53,641 bases of DNA from Octopus bimaculoides (lineage: Eukaryota): the NCBI RefSeq assembly GCF_001194135.2, contig NC_068986.1, positions 28,609,391-28,663,031 of the forward strand. The letters run 5' to 3'. Position numbers and translations under genes: made by a program. Shown here piece after piece: positions 51,002-53,641 of this stretch; within the stretch, counting starts at the first letter, position 1; each line of letters opens with the position of its first letter. Below the pieces are notes generated by a model, which did not search any database, was not told where the DNA came from, and worked only from the letters and a program-made list of their open reading frames with translations.

Positions 51002-51779
51002 TTGTGTGTGNNNNNNNNNNNNNNNNNNNNNNNNNNNNNNNNNNNNNNNNNNNNNNNNNNNNNNNNNNNNNNNNNNNNNNNNNNNNNNNNNNNNNNNNNN
51101 NNNNNNNNNNNNNNNNNNNNNNNNNNNNNNNNNNNNNNNNNNNNNNNNNNNNNNNNNNNNNNNNNNNNNNNNNNNNNNNNNNNNNNNNNNNNNNNNNNNN
51201 NNNNNNNNNNNNNNNNNNNNNNNNNNNNNNNNNNNNNNNNNNNNNNNNNNNNNNNNNNNNNNNNNNNNNNNNNNNNNNNNNNNNNNNNNNNNNNNNNNNN
51301 NNNNNNNNNNNNNNNNNNNNNNNNNNNNNNNNNNNNNNNNNNNNNNNNNNNNNNNNNNNNNNNNNNNNNNNNNNNNNNNNNNNNNNNNNNNNNNNNNNNN
51401 NNNNNNNNNNNNNNNNNNNNNNNNNNNNNNNNNNNNNNNNNNNNNNNNNNNNNNNNNNNNNNNNNNNNNNNNNNNNNNNNNNNNNNNNNNNNNNNNNNNN
51501 NNNNNNNNNNNNNNNNNNNNNNNNNNNNNNNNNNNNNNNNNNNNNNNNNNNNNNNNNNNNNNNNNNNNNNNNNNNNNNNNNNNNNNNNNNNNNNNNNNNN
51601 NNNNNNNNNNNNNNNNNNNNNNNNNNNNNNNNNNNNNNNNNNNNNNNNNNNNNNNNNNNNNNNNNNNNNNNNNNNNNNNNNNNNNNNNNCCACCACCATC
51701 ATCTGCATCACTGGTTCTCAACCGTGTTTTGCCGATGGAGCCTTTTGATTTCTATTTTACTTAACAACACTCTCATAGA

Positions 51780-51922
51780 GTTCTATACTTAAGAGATGAG
51801 GAATTATGTACATTATTTACATTCGACGGATATTTATCCTCATCTTGTTTGTTGTTAACACAACGTTTCGGCTGATATACCCTCCAGCCTTCATCAGGTC
51901 TTTTGGGGAAATTTAGAACCTG
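51780..51922 (-). mobile_element. Short repeat carrying a hammerhead (probable solo PLE pseudo-LTR)
   Basis: Non-coding segment surrounding the hammerhead at 51857-51902; boundaries approximate. Confidence 0.5.
51857..51902 (-). ncRNA. Minimal type I hammerhead ribozyme, one helix I mismatch
   Basis: Minus strand AAGAC CTGATGA A GGCTG GAGGGTATAT CAGCC GAA ACGT T GTGTT: 5-bp helix II, palindromic ACGU helix III, GUU site. Confidence 0.78.
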
Positions 51923-52133
51923 TCTCGAGTGGAGAAAAAGAACAACAACAATCCAAAACGAATGACGATGACAGCAAACCACCACCATTATTACACTGCT
52001 GTCAAAACCACAATTTTTTTCTCGGACCTTAGAACCCAAAATGTCTGTTACCCGGTCTCTTTGGCGCTTAAGTGGCCGAGATCACAATATTGTCTCTGAA
52101 CGGGACGTCGGTTCGTTGCAAGATCGAACCAAT

Positions 52134-52315
52134 TTTGAGAGGCGGGGTCAAGCCGATTACATCGACCCCAGTACTGGACTTGAAATTCACTTTACCGACC
52201 TCGAAGGGATGAAAAACAAAGTTGACCGAAACAGTATTTGAACTCAGAACGTAAAGAGCCAGAGGAGGTGCCGCTAAACATTTCGTCCGATGTGCTAGCG
52301 ATTTTGCCTGGGATT
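52134..52315 (-). mobile_element. SINE family B, diverged
   Basis: gtcaagccgattacatcgaccccagtactgg...gaagggatgaaaaacaaagttgacc...atttgaactcagaacgt. Confidence 0.8.
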
Positions 52316-52649
52316 TTGCCAACGTACGACAGATTTAGCAACAATGAAAGGAGATGAGTTAGAAGAAGACGGCATCGAAAGGAAGAGCAACAATAGGGAC
52401 AACAAAAAGCAAAAAGGAAAATAAGAACCAAGAACAATACCAACAACTCTGTGCTATATTGCATATCGGTGAGTACATACAAAATGGTGCACAGGGTATT
52501 TTTCTGAGAGTCCACAGAATGGCAATGAAATCCTGATTGTTGAGTCGGAATTGATATGAGCAATTCTTTCTTGTCTTGGGTCCTTCAATGCAGCTGCTTC
52601 CGAGCCATATGAAGAGAAAGCGTGAGGGAGAAGAAACGACTTTAATATA

Positions 52650-52787
52650 TGACTTTATTATACTTTGTTGAGTCCGAAAGCATGAAGACAAAATTGTCCT
52701 TACGTAGATTTGAACTCAGAGTGCCGAGTGTCTGAACAAAATCCTGTCCTACACTTTAGGTATTCTGATAATCTGTCACTCGCCTTG
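52650..52787 (-). mobile_element. SINE family B, highly diverged
   Basis: gagtccgaaagcatgaagacaaaattg...gatttgaactcagag...tgtcactcgcctt. Confidence 0.55.
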
Positions 52788-52871
52788 GCAGCCATTTAGA
52801 AAGAATCATGGTATATTGACAGCAATGATCCCTAGATGGGGTGGTTAATGATGATCGACCCGATGTCTGCT

Positions 52872-53100
52872 TGCGTAAAGGGCCGACTCATAAGGGCCGA
52901 TTTCCCGGTTTCCATGGCGGATGTATTCCTCAGCTGGACAGGACGCTGATCCATCGCAGAATTATTTTGCCAGCTGAGTGGACTAGAGAGATGTGAAATG
53001 AAGTGTTTTGCTCAAGAACACCACGTGTCATCCGGTCCGGGAATCGAAACCGCAATCTTAGGATCATGGGTCCAACACTCTAACCGCTAAGATCGTGTGC
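52872..53100 (-). mobile_element. SINE family D (tRNA head + CORE-like + V-domain-like), near full length
   Basis: Minus strand ggttagagtgttggacccatgatcc...gtttcgattcccggaccgg...gttcttgagcaaaacacttcatttcac...ccactcagctggcaaaa...ctgcgatggatcagcgtcctgtccagctg. Confidence 0.8.
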
Positions 53101-53571
53101 ATATGATCTGAACACATAACCATGTGGTTAGGGAGAAAACGTCATACCACACTGATGCTGGATCAAATCTAAGCTGGGCCTAGACAGCAACAAGGGGAAC
53201 TACAACGACAACCATTACAACACCAGCATCAACAACAACAGCAGCAAAGACCAGAGCAAAGACAACAAACCAACTTCCAAGCCAGAACCTACAACAACAA
53301 TAACAACAACCACGATCGTATTAAGTATAAGAAGACGAACAAAGAGCTAAAAAGCCAGTACCCAGCTAGATTCTTTACTCTACGTGACCAACAATCACAA
53401 TTATTTCTTCTACACACCACACCCATTCCTCACATCATATACACTGTTGTAAGAACTTCAAAACTGATTTGTGTGTTTTGCTTGCCAAATAAGAGGAAAA
53501 ATAATAGAAAAAGAAAACACTTTGAAATAAACTCACATATATACATAGAGACTCATGCATACACACATATC

Positions 53572-53627
<56 letters not shown>

Positions 53628-53641
53628 TATATATATATATA

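Overview
AT-rich, microsatellite-saturated animal genomic DNA from a draft assembly, with 16 N-gaps totalling about 6.7 kb. The SINE repertoire and simple-repeat load suggest a coleoid cephalopod, probably Octopus (inference). No intact host gene can be supported; nearly all ORFs in the track are microsatellite or gap artefacts. The window is a transposon graveyard: four tRNA-headed SINE families (labelled A-D here), an APE/RT LINE with a CCCH-finger ORF1, two RTE remnants, a Penelope-like RT remnant, a Tc1 remnant, a maT/DD37D-like mariner split by a SINE, and a complete 554-bp MITE with perfect 37-bp TIRs and an 8-bp TSD (Merlin-like). The most notable unannotated signals are RNA structures. 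Five minimal type I hammerhead ribozyme motifs sit in mutually dissimilar flanks: three with intact cores, one with a CUGUUGA core variant and one decayed. There is also a 79-nt minus-strand hairpin with pri-miRNA-like geometry. Weaker candidates are a decayed class A GPCR pseudogene and an 85-nt exon.
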